This document shows positions 1 through 10,257 of a stretch of 51,161 nt of DNA, piece after piece; the first letter of the stretch is position 1; the number at the start of each line of letters is the position of its first letter. This DNA is from Gammaproteobacteria bacterium (GTDB lineage: Bacteria > Pseudomonadota > Gammaproteobacteria > GCA-002705445 > GCA-002716945). The notes beneath the pieces were generated by a model. That model made no database searches and had not been told where the DNA came from. It saw only the letters and a program-made list of their open reading frames with translations. The translations under genes were made by a program, and so were the position numbers. The stretch covers positions 1 through 51,161 of the forward strand of contig JAURQW010000024.1 in NCBI GenBank assembly GCA_030835925.1, read 5' to 3'.

Positions 1-1
1 A

Positions 2-232
2 ATCGAAGGTAAATGGGCTATTCATCCATCACAAATTGAATATGCTAATGATGTTTTTTCTCCTCCTGCAAAAGAAGTTGAAAAAGCACATAGAATCATT
101 GAGGAACTAAAAAAAGCTGCGGCTGAAGGTAAAGGCGCCGCTCAACTAGATGGGAGAATGATAGATGCAGCTTCAGAGAAAATGGCTGAAAATATCATAA
201 ATATAAATAACTTAATAGAATCAAAAAAATAA
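2..232 (+). CDS. mcl: L-malyl-CoA lyase (CitE/HpcH family), 3' part only, truncated by window start
   Basis: Not in the ORF track. Manual translation gives [21 protein letters not shown]...[22 protein letters not shown]...KK*, matching the Mcl C-terminus. Its TAA (230-232) overlaps the next ATG. Confidence 0.85.
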   Translation: MEGKWAIHPSQIEYANDVFSPPAKEVEKAHRIIEELKKAAAEGKGAAQLDGRMIDAASEKMAENIININNLIESKK

Positions 233-1407
233 TGAATATACACGAATATCAAGCAAAAGAAATACTAACTAAATATGGAGTAGCTACACCAAAAGGAGGC
301 ATTGCATATAGTCCAGAGAATGCTAAAGACATGGCAACAGAATTAGGTGGTGACATGTGGGTAGTTAAAGCTCAGATCCATTCTGGCGCTAGAGGTAAAG
401 CTGGTGGAATTATAGTATGCAAGAGTCATCAAGAGGTGTCTGATGCTGCTAACACGTTATTAGGAAAAACTTTGGTCACTAATCAAACAGGCCCCGATGG
501 CTTAACAGTTTCAAGAATTTATGTTGAGGAAGCGTCTGATATTAAAAAAGAATATTATTTAGGACTAGTCTTTGACAGAAGCACTGAGAGTATTATGGTT
601 GTCGCCTCATCCGAAGGTGGTATGAGTATAGAAGAAATAGCGAAAGAGAAGCCAGAATCAATCATAAGAGCAAAAGTTGAGGCTGCTGTCGGTATGCAAA
701 GTTTTCAAGCAAGAGAAATAGCATTTGCACTAGGTTTAGAGGCTAAAGCAATATCTAGATGCGCAAAAGCAATCATGGGTTGCTATGAGGCATTCAGTCG
801 TTCTGATGCAACGATGGTAGAAATTAATCCTCTAATTCTAACTGGGGATGATCATATTCTTGCGCTGGATTGTAAAATGTCATTTGATGATAATGCGTTA
901 TACAGAATTCCTGACATTGCTGAACTGCGAGACAAGACACAAGAGGACTCAAAAGAGACATATGCTCATGATAGAGGATTAAATTACATCGCCCTAGATG
1001 GTGATATTGGAAATATTATTAATGGTGCTGGATTAGCTATGGCGTCTATGGATATGATTCAATTAGCAGGCGGACAACCAGCTAACTTTTTAGATGTTGG
1101 TGGTGGTGCTACGCCTGAGAAGTTTGTTAAGGCATTCAAACTCATATCTGGCGACCCAAAAGTCAAAGTTATATTAATTAATATCTTTGCTGGAATAAAT
1201 AGATGTGATTGGGTAGCTCAAGGTATTGTTGATGCCTTAGATCAAATAACAATAGAGCAACCTTTGGTTATAAGACTAGCTGGAACTAATGTTGATGAAG
1301 GCATGAAAATCCTAAAGGATAGCAAGATAGATTATATTGAGGCTTCAACACTTGAAGAAGCAGCTAACAAAGCTGTTGAGGCGTTAAAAGACTTGGAGAA
1401 GAAATAA
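232..1407 (+). CDS. mtkA: Malate--CoA ligase (malate thiokinase) beta subunit, SucC paralog
   Basis: SucC fold ([41 protein letters not shown]) with the Mtk-type [13 protein letters not shown] instead of SucC NIFGGIVRCD. Coupled to mcl. Confidence 0.85.
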   Translation: MNIHEYQAKEILTKYGVATPKGGIAYSPENAKDMATELGGDMWVVKAQIHSGARGKAGGIIVCKSHQEVSDAANTLLGKTLVTNQTGPDGLTVSRIYVEEASDIKKEYYLGLVFDRSTESIMVVASSEGGMSIEEIAKEKPESIIRAKVEAAVGMQSFQAREIAFALGLEAKAISRCAKAIMGCYEAFSRSDATMVEINPLILTGDDHILALDCKMSFDDNALYRIPDIAELRDKTQEDSKETYAHDRGLNYIALDGDIGNIINGAGLAMASMDMIQLAGGQPANFLDVGGGATPEKFVKAFKLISGDPKVKVILINIFAGINRCDWVAQGIVDALDQITIEQPLVIRLAGTNVDEGMKILKDSKIDYIEASTLEEAANKAVEALKDLEKK

Positions 1408-1409
1408 TA

Positions 1410-2297
1410 ATGGCTATATTAATTACTAAGGAATCAAAAATCATTGTTCAAGGTTTCACTGGAAAAATTGGAACATTTCATGCTGAAGAAATGATGGAAT
1501 ATGGAACTAATGTCGTAGGTGGTGTTACACCAGGTAAGGGCGGCCAAGAGCATTTAGGTAGACCAGTTTTTAATACTGTAAAAGAAGCTGTTAAAGAAAC
1601 TGGAGCTGATGCAAGTATTCTTTTTGTACCTCCTGCTTTTGCAGCAGATTCTGCTATGGAAGCAGCTGATGCAGGAATTAAAACTCTAGTTGCTATCACG
1701 GATGGTATACCTGCGCACGATATGATAAAAGTTAAGCGCTATATGAGACGTTATAAAAGTGATGATAGAATGACAATGGTTGGCCCAAATTGCGCAGGTG
1801 TTATTAGTCCTGGTAAATGTATGTTGGGTATTATGCCTGGTCATATATATAAAGAAGGCAATGTAGGAGTTATAGGTAGATCCGGAACATTAGGCTATGA
1901 AGCCGCACAACAAATGAAAAATTTAGGAATAGGAATTTCAACAAGTGTGGGTATTGGCGGAGATCCAATAAATGGAAGCTCATTCAAAGATCATCTTGCG
2001 AAATTTGAACAAGATGATGAGACCAAGGTTATTCTAATGATCGGTGAAATTGGCGGACCACAAGAAGCCGAAGCAGCTGAATATGCAAAAGAAAATGTGT
2101 CAAAACCAGTTATTGCTTATATCGCTGGTCTCACAGCACCTAAAGGCAAAAGGATGGGTCATGCTGGGGCGATAGTAAGCTCAAAAGGCGAGTCAGCAGC
2201 TGATAAAGTAGAAATACTTCAAGCAGCTGGTATAACTATTGCAAAAAATCCATCAGTGATTGGTGATACAGTAGAATCAGTATTAAAATCTTTATAA
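1410..2297 (+). CDS. mtkB: Malate--CoA ligase alpha subunit, SucD paralog
   Basis: QGFTGKIGTFH, GPNCAGVISPG, RSGTLGYEA and the phospho-His motif RMGHAGAI. Directly follows mtkA. Confidence 0.85.
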   Translation: MAILITKESKIIVQGFTGKIGTFHAEEMMEYGTNVVGGVTPGKGGQEHLGRPVFNTVKEAVKETGADASILFVPPAFAADSAMEAADAGIKTLVAITDGIPAHDMIKVKRYMRRYKSDDRMTMVGPNCAGVISPGKCMLGIMPGHIYKEGNVGVIGRSGTLGYEAAQQMKNLGIGISTSVGIGGDPINGSSFKDHLAKFEQDDETKVILMIGEIGGPQEAEAAEYAKENVSKPVIAYIAGLTAPKGKRMGHAGAIVSSKGESAADKVEILQAAGITIAKNPSVIGDTVESVLKSL

Positions 2298-2303
2298 TGA
2301 TCG

Positions 2304-3095
2304 ATGAATAATCAAGGTCTTATTGACATAGGAGCTAATCTCACGCACTCCGAACTATATGACCAACTTGATTTAGTTGTAGATAATATTGTTTCTTCTG
2401 ACACAGGATCTGTAATAATCACTTCCTCTAATCTAAATGATACTGTTATAGCATTAGATATAATTTCTAAGTATCCAGATATATTTTATACTACGGTAGG
2501 TTATCATCCTCATAATGCAAAAGATTTTAAATATGAAGATATGGATAAAATCAGTCAGTATTATAAAAATGATAGAGTCATTGCTATTGGTGAATGCGGT
2601 CTAGATTATTATAGGGAGTATTCTACAACTAAACAGCAAACTTTATGTTTTGAAAACCATTTGATATTAGCAAAAGAGAATAAAGCCCCAGTATTTCTAC
2701 ATGAACGAAAAGCTCACAAAGACTTTATTTCTATGTTAAAAAAATATAATGATGACATCGATAAAAAAGTTGTACATTGTTTCACGGGGGATAAGGCTGA
2801 ATTGATGGCTTATCTTGATATGGGTTGTTATATAGGAATTACTGGTTGGATAAGCGATTTAAGAAGAGGCAAGCATCTACATGATCTAATAAAATATATT
2901 CCTCAGAATAAATTAATGATTGAAACTGATTCTCCTTATTTAACTCCTAAAAATTTACCATTCAAACATAACGGCATCAATCAGCCTTCATATCTTAATT
3001 TTATTGCAGAAACGATTGCAGAGTGCTTAAATAAAGATATAGATTATGTTAAACAAATATCAATTAGGAATACCAAAGAATTCTTTTCAATATGA
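2304..3095 (+). CDS. tatD: TatD family metal-dependent nuclease
   Basis: IDIGANLTH, VGYHPH, AIGECGLDY, FLHER, VVHCFTG and ETDSPYL motifs. Confidence 0.92.
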   Translation: MNNQGLIDIGANLTHSELYDQLDLVVDNIVSSDTGSVIITSSNLNDTVIALDIISKYPDIFYTTVGYHPHNAKDFKYEDMDKISQYYKNDRVIAIGECGLDYYREYSTTKQQTLCFENHLILAKENKAPVFLHERKAHKDFISMLKKYNDDIDKKVVHCFTGDKAELMAYLDMGCYIGITGWISDLRRGKHLHDLIKYIPQNKLMIETDSPYLTPKNLPFKHNGINQPSYLNFIAETIAECLNKDIDYVKQISIRNTKEFFSI

Positions 3096-3763
3096 ATGAT
3101 AAAAAAATATCAAAACTAGTTCTACCTGATAATAAGTCAAAATTATTATTGCATTCTTGCTGCGCCCCTTGTTCAGGAGATATTATGAAAAGGCTATTAG
3201 ATTCTGATATCGATTATACTGTTTTTTTTTATAATCCAAATATTCATCCACATGAAGAGTATATGCTGAGAAAAGAAGAGAATATGTCTTTTGCAAAAAA
3301 ATATAAAATTCCATTTATTGATGCTGATTACAACCCTAGGGCTTGGTTTGAAATTACAAAAGGCATGGAGCATGAACCTGAAAGAGGCAAAAGATGTTCA
3401 ACATGCTTCGACATGAGATTTATAAAAACTTCAGAATACGCTTATAATAATGGATTTGATATTATTTCAAGTACACTAGGAATATCAAGATGGAAGGATA
3501 TGAATCAAATAAATATTTCAGGAAAATATGCTGCATCAAAGTTTAAAGGTTTGAGTTATTGGGATTTTAACTGGAGAAAGGAAAATGGATCTCATCGAAT
3601 GATTGAGGTTTCAAAAGATGAAGGGTTCTATATGCAAGAGTATTGCGGTTGTGTTTACTCACTAAGAGATACCAATAAATGGAGAACAATAAACTTGAAA
3701 CCAAAAATAAAAATTGGCTTAAGTTACTACTCTCATTCAGACAAAGACACCAGTAATAATTAG
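3092..3763 (+). CDS. queH: Epoxyqueuosine reductase QueH
   Basis: LLHSCCAPCS, FFYNPNIHP, ERGKRCSTCFDMR and QEYCGCVYS Fe-S motifs. Confidence 0.92.
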   Translation: MNDKKISKLVLPDNKSKLLLHSCCAPCSGDIMKRLLDSDIDYTVFFYNPNIHPHEEYMLRKEENMSFAKKYKIPFIDADYNPRAWFEITKGMEHEPERGKRCSTCFDMRFIKTSEYAYNNGFDIISSTLGISRWKDMNQINISGKYAASKFKGLSYWDFNWRKENGSHRMIEVSKDEGFYMQEYCGCVYSLRDTNKWRTINLKPKIKIGLSYYSHSDKDTSNN

Positions 3764-4600
3764 AAACCCAATTATACACAGCCATGCTAATAACGATCTT
3801 GATATCATTGATTGAGCATATATTATTTTACCTAGATTAATATCTTCATTTACATTTCCATCTTTAATTTTTTCAAAGGAAGCAAAACCAACTGAGTTAA
3901 TTAGGTTTATATTCATATTATGTATATCTTTTTCATTTTTTGTAACTTTCCATTGACTTAAACACTGTTCAAAGTTTGCAACTACAGCAAATGTAAAAGC
4001 GGAAACTCTGACTGGTATGTATTCAATGATTGATGTTAGAAGTCTTAAGACTTTTTTAGACTTTTGATCAACTTTTATATGTTCACTATATATAAAGTTG
4101 TCTATTATAATATATGCTAGAGCGCCTGCTGGACCAAGAAGTAAAAAAGTAAAAATTACTGAAAATATATTTCTCATTGAATTATAAAATATATTATTGA
4201 TTATAGAATCTAGCTGATCATTTTTACCTGCATGCAGTATATATTTAAATCTATTAGAGCTATCCAGGTCGACCTTTGATTCTATTGCAAACTTTAAATG
4301 TTCTAATTTAAGATTAAACTCATTTGGTTTTAAGCAATATACTAAAAGAGCAAGACCTAGAAGAAAAGAAAAAAGAGGATGTATTAAATTATATAATAGA
4401 TAATCTAAAACGCTAAAAATTAAAAATACAACTATTGGAAAGGATAAATATACATAAGATTTTTCTAATTCATAGTCTTTTAGATAATTTTTAAATTTTA
4501 AGAAACTTGTATCAATAACAGCAGTATCTTTCATGTTTGAAATAGGGTCATAAACATATTCAAGTACTAGTGCAAAAAATATTAAGAATGCAGTTACCAT
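3737..4600 (-). CDS. ampE: AmpE-like inner-membrane protein (CobD/CbiB-like)
   Basis: Multi-pass hydrophobic protein with FSVIFTFLLLGPAGALAY and YIPVR...FAVVANFE. Immediately downstream of ampD. Confidence 0.75.
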   Translation of the reverse strand: MVTAFLIFFALVLEYVYDPISNMKDTAVIDTSFLKFKNYLKDYELEKSYVYLSFPIVVFLIFSVLDYLLYNLIHPLFSFLLGLALLVYCLKPNEFNLKLEHLKFAIESKVDLDSSNRFKYILHAGKNDQLDSIINNIFYNSMRNIFSVIFTFLLLGPAGALAYIIIDNFIYSEHIKVDQKSKKVLRLLTSIIEYIPVRVSAFTFAVVANFEQCLSQWKVTKNEKDIHNMNINLINSVGFASFEKIKDGNVNEDINLGKIIYAQSMISRSLLAWLCIIGFLIITGVFV

Positions 4601-4603
4601 AGT

Positions 4604-5146
4604 CTATACCTTTATCCTATTCCATTCAAAGAATGGGCCAGGGTCATTTTTTCTATCCGGTGAAACTTCATTATGACCTATTATGTTCTCATCTACAATT
4701 TTAGGATAGTAATCTTTTAATGATTTGATAATCTCATTTAATCTTTCGTATTGAGTGTCTGTAAAATTACTTTTATCAGTACCTTCTAGTTCTATGCCAA
4801 TCGAATAATCATTACAATTCTCTTTCTCTTTATGTTTAGAGACGCCTGCATGCCAAGCACGTAGATTAAAAGGAACAAATTGTATAATTTCCCCATCTCT
4901 TTTAATCAATAAATGTGATGACACCTTGACATCCTTTAATGATTCGAATGATGGATCCTGATTTATATCAAGATTATTCATAAATAAGTCAACAATATTT
5001 TGATTGTCATATGAGCCCGCAGGCAGACTAATACAATGTATAATAATAGTATCAATTATGGTATTATTTGGTCTATTATTACAATTCTCTGAATTATAAT
5101 GTGTAATATCATCAAATAAACCCGAATTATTATTAATTTTAAGCAT
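4604..5146 (-). CDS. ampD: 1,6-anhydro-N-acetylmuramyl-L-alanine amidase
   Basis: IIHCISLP, VSSHLLI, RAWHAGVS, NDYSIGIELEG, GHNEVSPDRKNDPGPFFEW. Confidence 0.95.
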   Translation of the reverse strand: MLKINNNSGLFDDITHYNSENCNNRPNNTIIDTIIIHCISLPAGSYDNQNIVDLFMNNLDINQDPSFESLKDVKVSSHLLIKRDGEIIQFVPFNLRAWHAGVSKHKEKENCNDYSIGIELEGTDKSNFTDTQYERLNEIIKSLKDYYPKIVDENIIGHNEVSPDRKNDPGPFFEWNRIKV

Positions 5147-5198
5147 TTTTTATGTAAGAACTTATCATTCGCTGATATTATGTTAACTAATTCTAATT

Positions 5199-6263
5199 AT
5201 GCCAAATTTTTTAATTAATACAGACATAAAATTACAAAATATTATTGATGAGCTGGAAAAATCATCTATTATTGGTTTAGATACTGAGTTCATCAGAGAA
5301 TCAACCTATTTCCCACAATTGGCTCTTTTGCAGCTAAGTGATAGTGATAATACCTATTGTATAGATATATTAGCTATCAATAATAAAATACCCATTTCAA
5401 ATTTGTTACTCAACAATAGCATTAAAAAAATAATACATGCATCTAAACAAGATCTTGAAGTCCTGAACCACTATTATAACTGTTACCCTCGAAATATTTT
5501 TGACACACAAATTGCATATAATTTGTTAACGTCTGATGTAAGTATAAGTTATTCCAATTTAGTAAAAAAATATTTAGGTGTAGAGTTAAAAGAAGGATCA
5601 TGGAGAACAGATTGGTTAAAGAGACCTATCTCTGATGCAAAAATAGAATACGCTGCTAATGATGTTAAGTATCTAATAGATTTATATGAAATATTATACA
5701 AAAAATTATTAGAAGCTGATCGATATGATTGGTTCAATGAAGAACAGGAATTAGAACTTAAAAAATCTAATATAGTTACTGAGCCAAGATTTTCTTGGGA
5801 AAAAATTAACTTACCATCAAATCTTACAATCACACAGTTAAATTATTTACAAAAACTATCATACTGGAGAGAGGATAAAGCAATTACCAATGATATCCCC
5901 AAAAGATGGATATTTAGTGATAGTGAATTGATAAAAATAGTCACAGCTCGCCCTAATAGATTATCTTATGTATTGGATAATCTGAAACATACATTAAATG
6001 ATGAAGATTTGGGGCTTATTAAGTCGATGCTAAGTGAAAAATATATAAAACCTCAGAGTGTTAATAAAGATATTGATGGAAGTTTATATAATGCAAGAAT
6101 TGTCAAGTGTCATAAAGTTCTCGAGGAAGTTTCCGAAAAATATAATATTGCTCCTACATTGATAGCCAACAAGCGAGATATTGATGCTTTCGCAAGAAAA
6201 AAAGATTATGTGAAGTTTTTGCATGGTTGGAGATTTAAAATTTTTGGTAAGTTGGTACAATAG
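5199..6263 (+). CDS. rnd: Ribonuclease D
   Basis: DEDDy motifs LDTEFIRESTYFPQLALLQ, HASKQDLE, FDTQIA and YAANDV, an HRDC-like region and a C-terminal GWR. Confidence 0.92.
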   Translation: MPNFLINTDIKLQNIIDELEKSSIIGLDTEFIRESTYFPQLALLQLSDSDNTYCIDILAINNKIPISNLLLNNSIKKIIHASKQDLEVLNHYYNCYPRNIFDTQIAYNLLTSDVSISYSNLVKKYLGVELKEGSWRTDWLKRPISDAKIEYAANDVKYLIDLYEILYKKLLEADRYDWFNEEQELELKKSNIVTEPRFSWEKINLPSNLTITQLNYLQKLSYWREDKAITNDIPKRWIFSDSELIKIVTARPNRLSYVLDNLKHTLNDEDLGLIKSMLSEKYIKPQSVNKDIDGSLYNARIVKCHKVLEEVSEKYNIAPTLIANKRDIDAFARKKDYVKFLHGWRFKIFGKLVQ

Positions 6264-6266
6264 GTG

Positions 6267-7934
6267 ATGCGTAAATACTCTTCACAAATAGTAGATGGTA
6301 AAGATAGATCACCTAGCAGATCAATGCTTCGTGCTGTAGGGTTTAAAGACAAAGATTTTAAGCTGCCTCAAATTGGAGTTGCATCTACCTGGAGTATGGT
6401 CACTCCATGTAATATGCATATAGATGAGCTGGCTAAAATATCTGCTGGATCAGTTGATAAAAATGGCGGGAAATCAATCATTTTTAACACAATAACGATT
6501 TCTGATGGAATATCAATGGGAACCGAAGGAATGAAGTATTCTTTGGTATCTCGTGAAGTAATAGCTGATTCTATAGAGACAGTTGTAGGTTGTGAAGGCT
6601 TGGATGGATTGATTGCAATAGGTGGATGCGATAAAAATATGCCGGCTTGTATTATGGCTATGGCAAGACTCAATAGACCTTCAATTTTTATATATGGGGG
6701 GACTATTTTACCAGGTATTCACAAATCTAAAAAAATAGATATTGTCTCGGTGTTTGAAGCAGTTGGTAAAAATGCCAATAAAGAAATTTCTAACAATGAG
6801 TTGTTAGAAATCGAAAAAAAAGCAATACCTGGGCCTGGGTCCTGTGGTGGAATGTATACTGCAAATACAATGGCTTGGGCGATTGAAGCATTAGGAATGA
6901 GTTTGACAAATAGTTCAGCTCAAGTAGCGATATCTTCTTCGAAGAAAATTGACTGTAAAGATTCTGCTAGAGCATTAATGAAATGCGTAAAAAGAAATAT
7001 TGTGCCTAGAGATATAATAACAAAAAAATCAATCGAGAATGCTATAACTGTTGTTATGGCGTTAGGTGGTTCTACTAATGCAGTTTTACACATACTTGCT
7101 ATAGCTAGTTCTGCTGGTCTGAAACTTACTCTCAAAGATTTTGATAGAATAGGTAGCAGAACGCCTGTTTTAGCTGATCTAAAACCTAGTGGAAAATATT
7201 CAATGTCAGAATTAGTGAAAATTGGTGGAGTTGCTCCACTCATGAAGTTGCTTCTAGAAAAAAAATTATTACATGGTGATTGTATGACGGTAACAGGTAA
7301 AACAATTAGCAAGAATCTGAAGTCGATCAAACATTATGATAAACGACAGAAAATAATCATGCCTTATGATGAGCCAATTAAAAAAAATGGTCATTTAATT
7401 ATACTAAAAGGTAATCTCGCGCCACAGGGATCTGTGGCAAAAATATCTGGCAAAGAAGGAAATAAATTCATTGGTTCTGCAAAAGTATATGATTCTGAGG
7501 AGAGAGCTTTAAAAGATATTTTGAATGATAAAATTAAAAAGGGCACAGTAATTGTTATTAGATATGAAGGACCAGTTGGTGGCCCTGGTATGCGAGAAAT
7601 GCTTTCACCAACATCAGCTGTCATGGGTAAGGGTCTAGGAAAAGATGTTGCACTCATAACAGATGGAAGATTTTCAGGTGGTAGCCATGGTTTTGTAGTT
7701 GGTCATATTTCACCCGAGGCATATATTGGTGGACCTCTGGCAATAGTCAAAAATGGAGATAAGATAGAAATAAATTCAATAACAAAGAAGTTAATACTTA
7801 ATATATCACCAGCTGAATATAAGAAAAGGATGTCTGTCTGGAAACAACCAAAACTTAAAAGAAAATCTGGGGTTTTATCTAAGTATGCCAAATTAGTCAG
7901 TCAAGCTGATCAAGGAGCTATAACAGTAGACTAG
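6267..7934 (+). CDS. ilvD: Dihydroxy-acid dehydratase
   Basis: TPCNMH, ISDGISMGTEGMKYSL, GGCDKNMP, CGGMYTANTM, GPGMREML, TDGRFSGG. ATG at 6267 preferred over GTG at 6264. Confidence 0.96.
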   Translation: MRKYSSQIVDGKDRSPSRSMLRAVGFKDKDFKLPQIGVASTWSMVTPCNMHIDELAKISAGSVDKNGGKSIIFNTITISDGISMGTEGMKYSLVSREVIADSIETVVGCEGLDGLIAIGGCDKNMPACIMAMARLNRPSIFIYGGTILPGIHKSKKIDIVSVFEAVGKNANKEISNNELLEIEKKAIPGPGSCGGMYTANTMAWAIEALGMSLTNSSAQVAISSSKKIDCKDSARALMKCVKRNIVPRDIITKKSIENAITVVMALGGSTNAVLHILAIASSAGLKLTLKDFDRIGSRTPVLADLKPSGKYSMSELVKIGGVAPLMKLLLEKKLLHGDCMTVTGKTISKNLKSIKHYDKRQKIIMPYDEPIKKNGHLIILKGNLAPQGSVAKISGKEGNKFIGSAKVYDSEERALKDILNDKIKKGTVIVIRYEGPVGGPGMREMLSPTSAVMGKGLGKDVALITDGRFSGGSHGFVVGHISPEAYIGGPLAIVKNGDKIEINSITKKLILNISPAEYKKRMSVWKQPKLKRKSGVLSKYAKLVSQADQGAITVD

Positions 7935-7935
7935 A

Positions 7936-8541
7936 TTATTTTAATTCTTCAATTTCGGATTTAAAAAGCCTGTTAACAATTTCATTTAATTTTTCTAGTC
8001 TTTCGATTGCATTGCTAGTAGCTATTAATATATTTTTAGTATGTGAGTCTAACGGCAAGCACTCTGTCAATCTAAATCCAACCCAAGACGCATCAGAATA
8101 TCTCTCAGTTTTAAAACTAATGAAGTTTTTTATTCCAGGGTAAATCTTTTTATAAAATCTAGATAAAATAATGTATTTTTGAGGTATCATATATTCTTTT
8201 TCATTAGCACTATGTTCTATGTCTCCGCATAATAAATTTTCACTATTAAGTTGTGAATTTATAACATGAACTTTATTTGAGCCTTCAACAGTTATTCCAA
8301 GAATCCCATCTTCTAGTTGATTCCAGTCAGTAATTTTTACATAACAACCATAATTGTAAATATCATCAATATATTTATCAGGACAATTATTTCTTACAAG
8401 AACAATACAAAAACCTGTGTCATTTTTAATGCAGTTTTTTACCATATCAATATATCTTCTCTCAAAAATCCTTAGAGGAAAGATGCCTCCCGGCAATACT
8501 ATGCTTTTCAATGGGAACAGTGGTATATTTGTATTATTCAT
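7936..8541 (-). CDS. Stand-alone LON peptidase substrate-binding domain protein
   Basis: IPLFPL..VLPGG..PLRIFERRYIDMV N-terminal signature. No ATPase or protease domain (201 aa). Confidence 0.88.
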   Translation of the reverse strand: MNNTNIPLFPLKSIVLPGGIFPLRIFERRYIDMVKNCIKNDTGFCIVLVRNNCPDKYIDDIYNYGCYVKITDWNQLEDGILGITVEGSNKVHVINSQLNSENLLCGDIEHSANEKEYMIPQKYIILSRFYKKIYPGIKNFISFKTERYSDASWVGFRLTECLPLDSHTKNILIATSNAIERLEKLNEIVNRLFKSEIEELK

Positions 8542-8935
8542 TAATGCCTTTTTTGAACTGTAATGATACTGAATTTATGCAGTACCTCTTACCTGTTGGT
8601 CTAGGGCCATCATCAAATACATGTCCTAAATGCGCTTCGCATTTAGCACATAAAACTTCAAATCTAATCATTGAATGAGATAGATCTTTTATGACTTTAA
8701 TTGCGTCGTCAGATATTATCTCAAAAAAACTAGGCCATCCTGTCCCAGAATCAAATTTAGCAGATGATTTGAATAATTGATTATCACAACATTTACATAC
8801 GTAAATGCCTTTTTCATCATTATAATATAAGTCACCACTAAAAGGTGCCTCAGTCCCTTTTTCTCTCATGACTTTATACTCAGCATCAGTAAGTGCTTTT
8901 TTCCACTCTGAGGATGATTTGATTATTTTTTTCAT
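8534..8935 (-). CDS. msrB: Peptide-methionine (R)-S-oxide reductase
   Basis: GTEAPF, CKCC, KFDSGTGWPSF, HLGHVFDDGP, RYCINS. Confidence 0.96.
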   Translation of the reverse strand: MKKIIKSSSEWKKALTDAEYKVMREKGTEAPFSGDLYYNDEKGIYVCKCCDNQLFKSSAKFDSGTGWPSFFEIISDDAIKVIKDLSHSMIRFEVLCAKCEAHLGHVFDDGPRPTGKRYCINSVSLQFKKGINE

Positions 8936-10257
8936 ATATTGATTGAATCTCTAAGTAACTTAGTGCTCTTGTTACTCATTATTAAAATTATATCAATTTT
9001 GCTTTTATTGTCATTAATATATTTTAAAACCATTTCATAATTGTCATAAACTTTTATTTTCTTACTAGATAATGTCCATTTTGAGAGCTTCGATTTTATT
9101 AGTATTGCATGATTTGAGATCTCAAGTGCTCTTGGGAGATTTTCCCTATGTGCACCAGATATCATTGAATTTGATTTTATTTCACATATGGATAGTATTT
9201 TTTTATTCTTATAACTATCCTTAAGAGATTTAATAGAGCTTTCAATTTCAGTGGGGTGATGAGCAAAATCATCATATATTAATATTTTATCTTTTTTTCC
9301 AACTAATTCCATACGTCTTTTTACACCATTAAAGTTTTTAATTGCATTTATGCACTTTGATAATGGTATTTTGATTTCAATAGCTGCAAGAATTGCTAAA
9401 GAAATATTCTTGTAATTATGAAGTCCAATCAGGTTTGTTTGAATTAATGCTTTCTTATTATCTTTTATAAGCGCATACTTTTGATTATCTTTTTTAAGTA
9501 ACCAATCAGATTTTGTATTATTTCTTTTTACCGTCAAGGATTTTTGTTTAGACCAGATTCCTTTTTTAATGAGTTTATTGATATTTTTATCATCTTGATT
9601 GAAAATTATTGTTCCATTACTTGGGATGATTCTTATTAAATGATGAAAGTTTTTAATTATTGAGTCTATATCATCAAAGATATCAGCATGATCAAATTCA
9701 ATATTATTTATAATTAATATATTAGGTCGATAATGAATATATTTAGACCTCTTATCAAAGAATGATGTGTCATATTCATCTGCTTCTATGACAAAATATT
9801 TAGAGTTAGTTAGTTTTGCTGGAGCATTAAAATTTATTGGTTGACCGCCAATCAGGTAGCTCGGGTTTAGTTTGGCATATTTTAAAATCCACGCAACTAA
9901 TGATGATGTTGTTGTCTTGCCATGCGTTCCTGATACTGCTATTACAAATTTATTAAATAAAACATTTTCATATAACCATTGTGGCCCAGAGATATATTTT
10001 AATTTTGACCTAAGTAGTTTTTCTATGATAGGCATTCCTCTTGACATAATATTACCCACAATGATCAAGTCAAAGCTTTTATCTAAAACATTAGTCTTAT
10101 ATCCTTCTACATATTTAATTCCAGAATTTTCCAGAACTGTTTTCATTGGGTCATATAAATTTTTATCTGAGCCGCTAACCTCATGACCTAATTGTTTTGC
10201 AATTATTGCAATCCCAGCCATAAAAGTGCCGCCGATGCCTAGTATATGTATTTTCAT
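8932..10257 (-). CDS. mpl: Murein tripeptide ligase (peptidoglycan recycling)
   Basis: MKIHILGIGGTFMAG, SGTHGKTTTS, EADEYDTSFFDKRSK, DDFAHHPT. Start moved to the ATG at 10257, which overlaps the upstream stop. Confidence 0.93.
   Translation of the reverse strand: MKIHILGIGGTFMAGIAIIAKQLGHEVSGSDKNLYDPMKTVLENSGIKYVEGYKTNVLDKSFDLIIVGNIMSRGMPIIEKLLRSKLKYISGPQWLYENVLFNKFVIAVSGTHGKTTTSSLVAWILKYAKLNPSYLIGGQPINFNAPAKLTNSKYFVIEADEYDTSFFDKRSKYIHYRPNILIINNIEFDHADIFDDIDSIIKNFHHLIRIIPSNGTIIFNQDDKNINKLIKKGIWSKQKSLTVKRNNTKSDWLLKKDNQKYALIKDNKKALIQTNLIGLHNYKNISLAILAAIEIKIPLSKCINAIKNFNGVKRRMELVGKKDKILIYDDFAHHPTEIESSIKSLKDSYKNKKILSICEIKSNSMISGAHRENLPRALEISNHAILIKSKLSKWTLSSKKIKVYDNYEMVLKYINDNKSKIDIILIMSNKSTKLLRDSINI

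Noticed and set aside
232-2297. Annotation as TCA-cycle succinyl-CoA synthetase sucCD
   Set aside because: The Mtk-type motif and coupling to mcl favour malate thiokinase.
6870-6885. Trp in IlvD ANTMAWAIEALG where Ser is usual
   Set aside because: A single TCG-to-TGG change could be a variant or an error and cannot be interpreted without reads.
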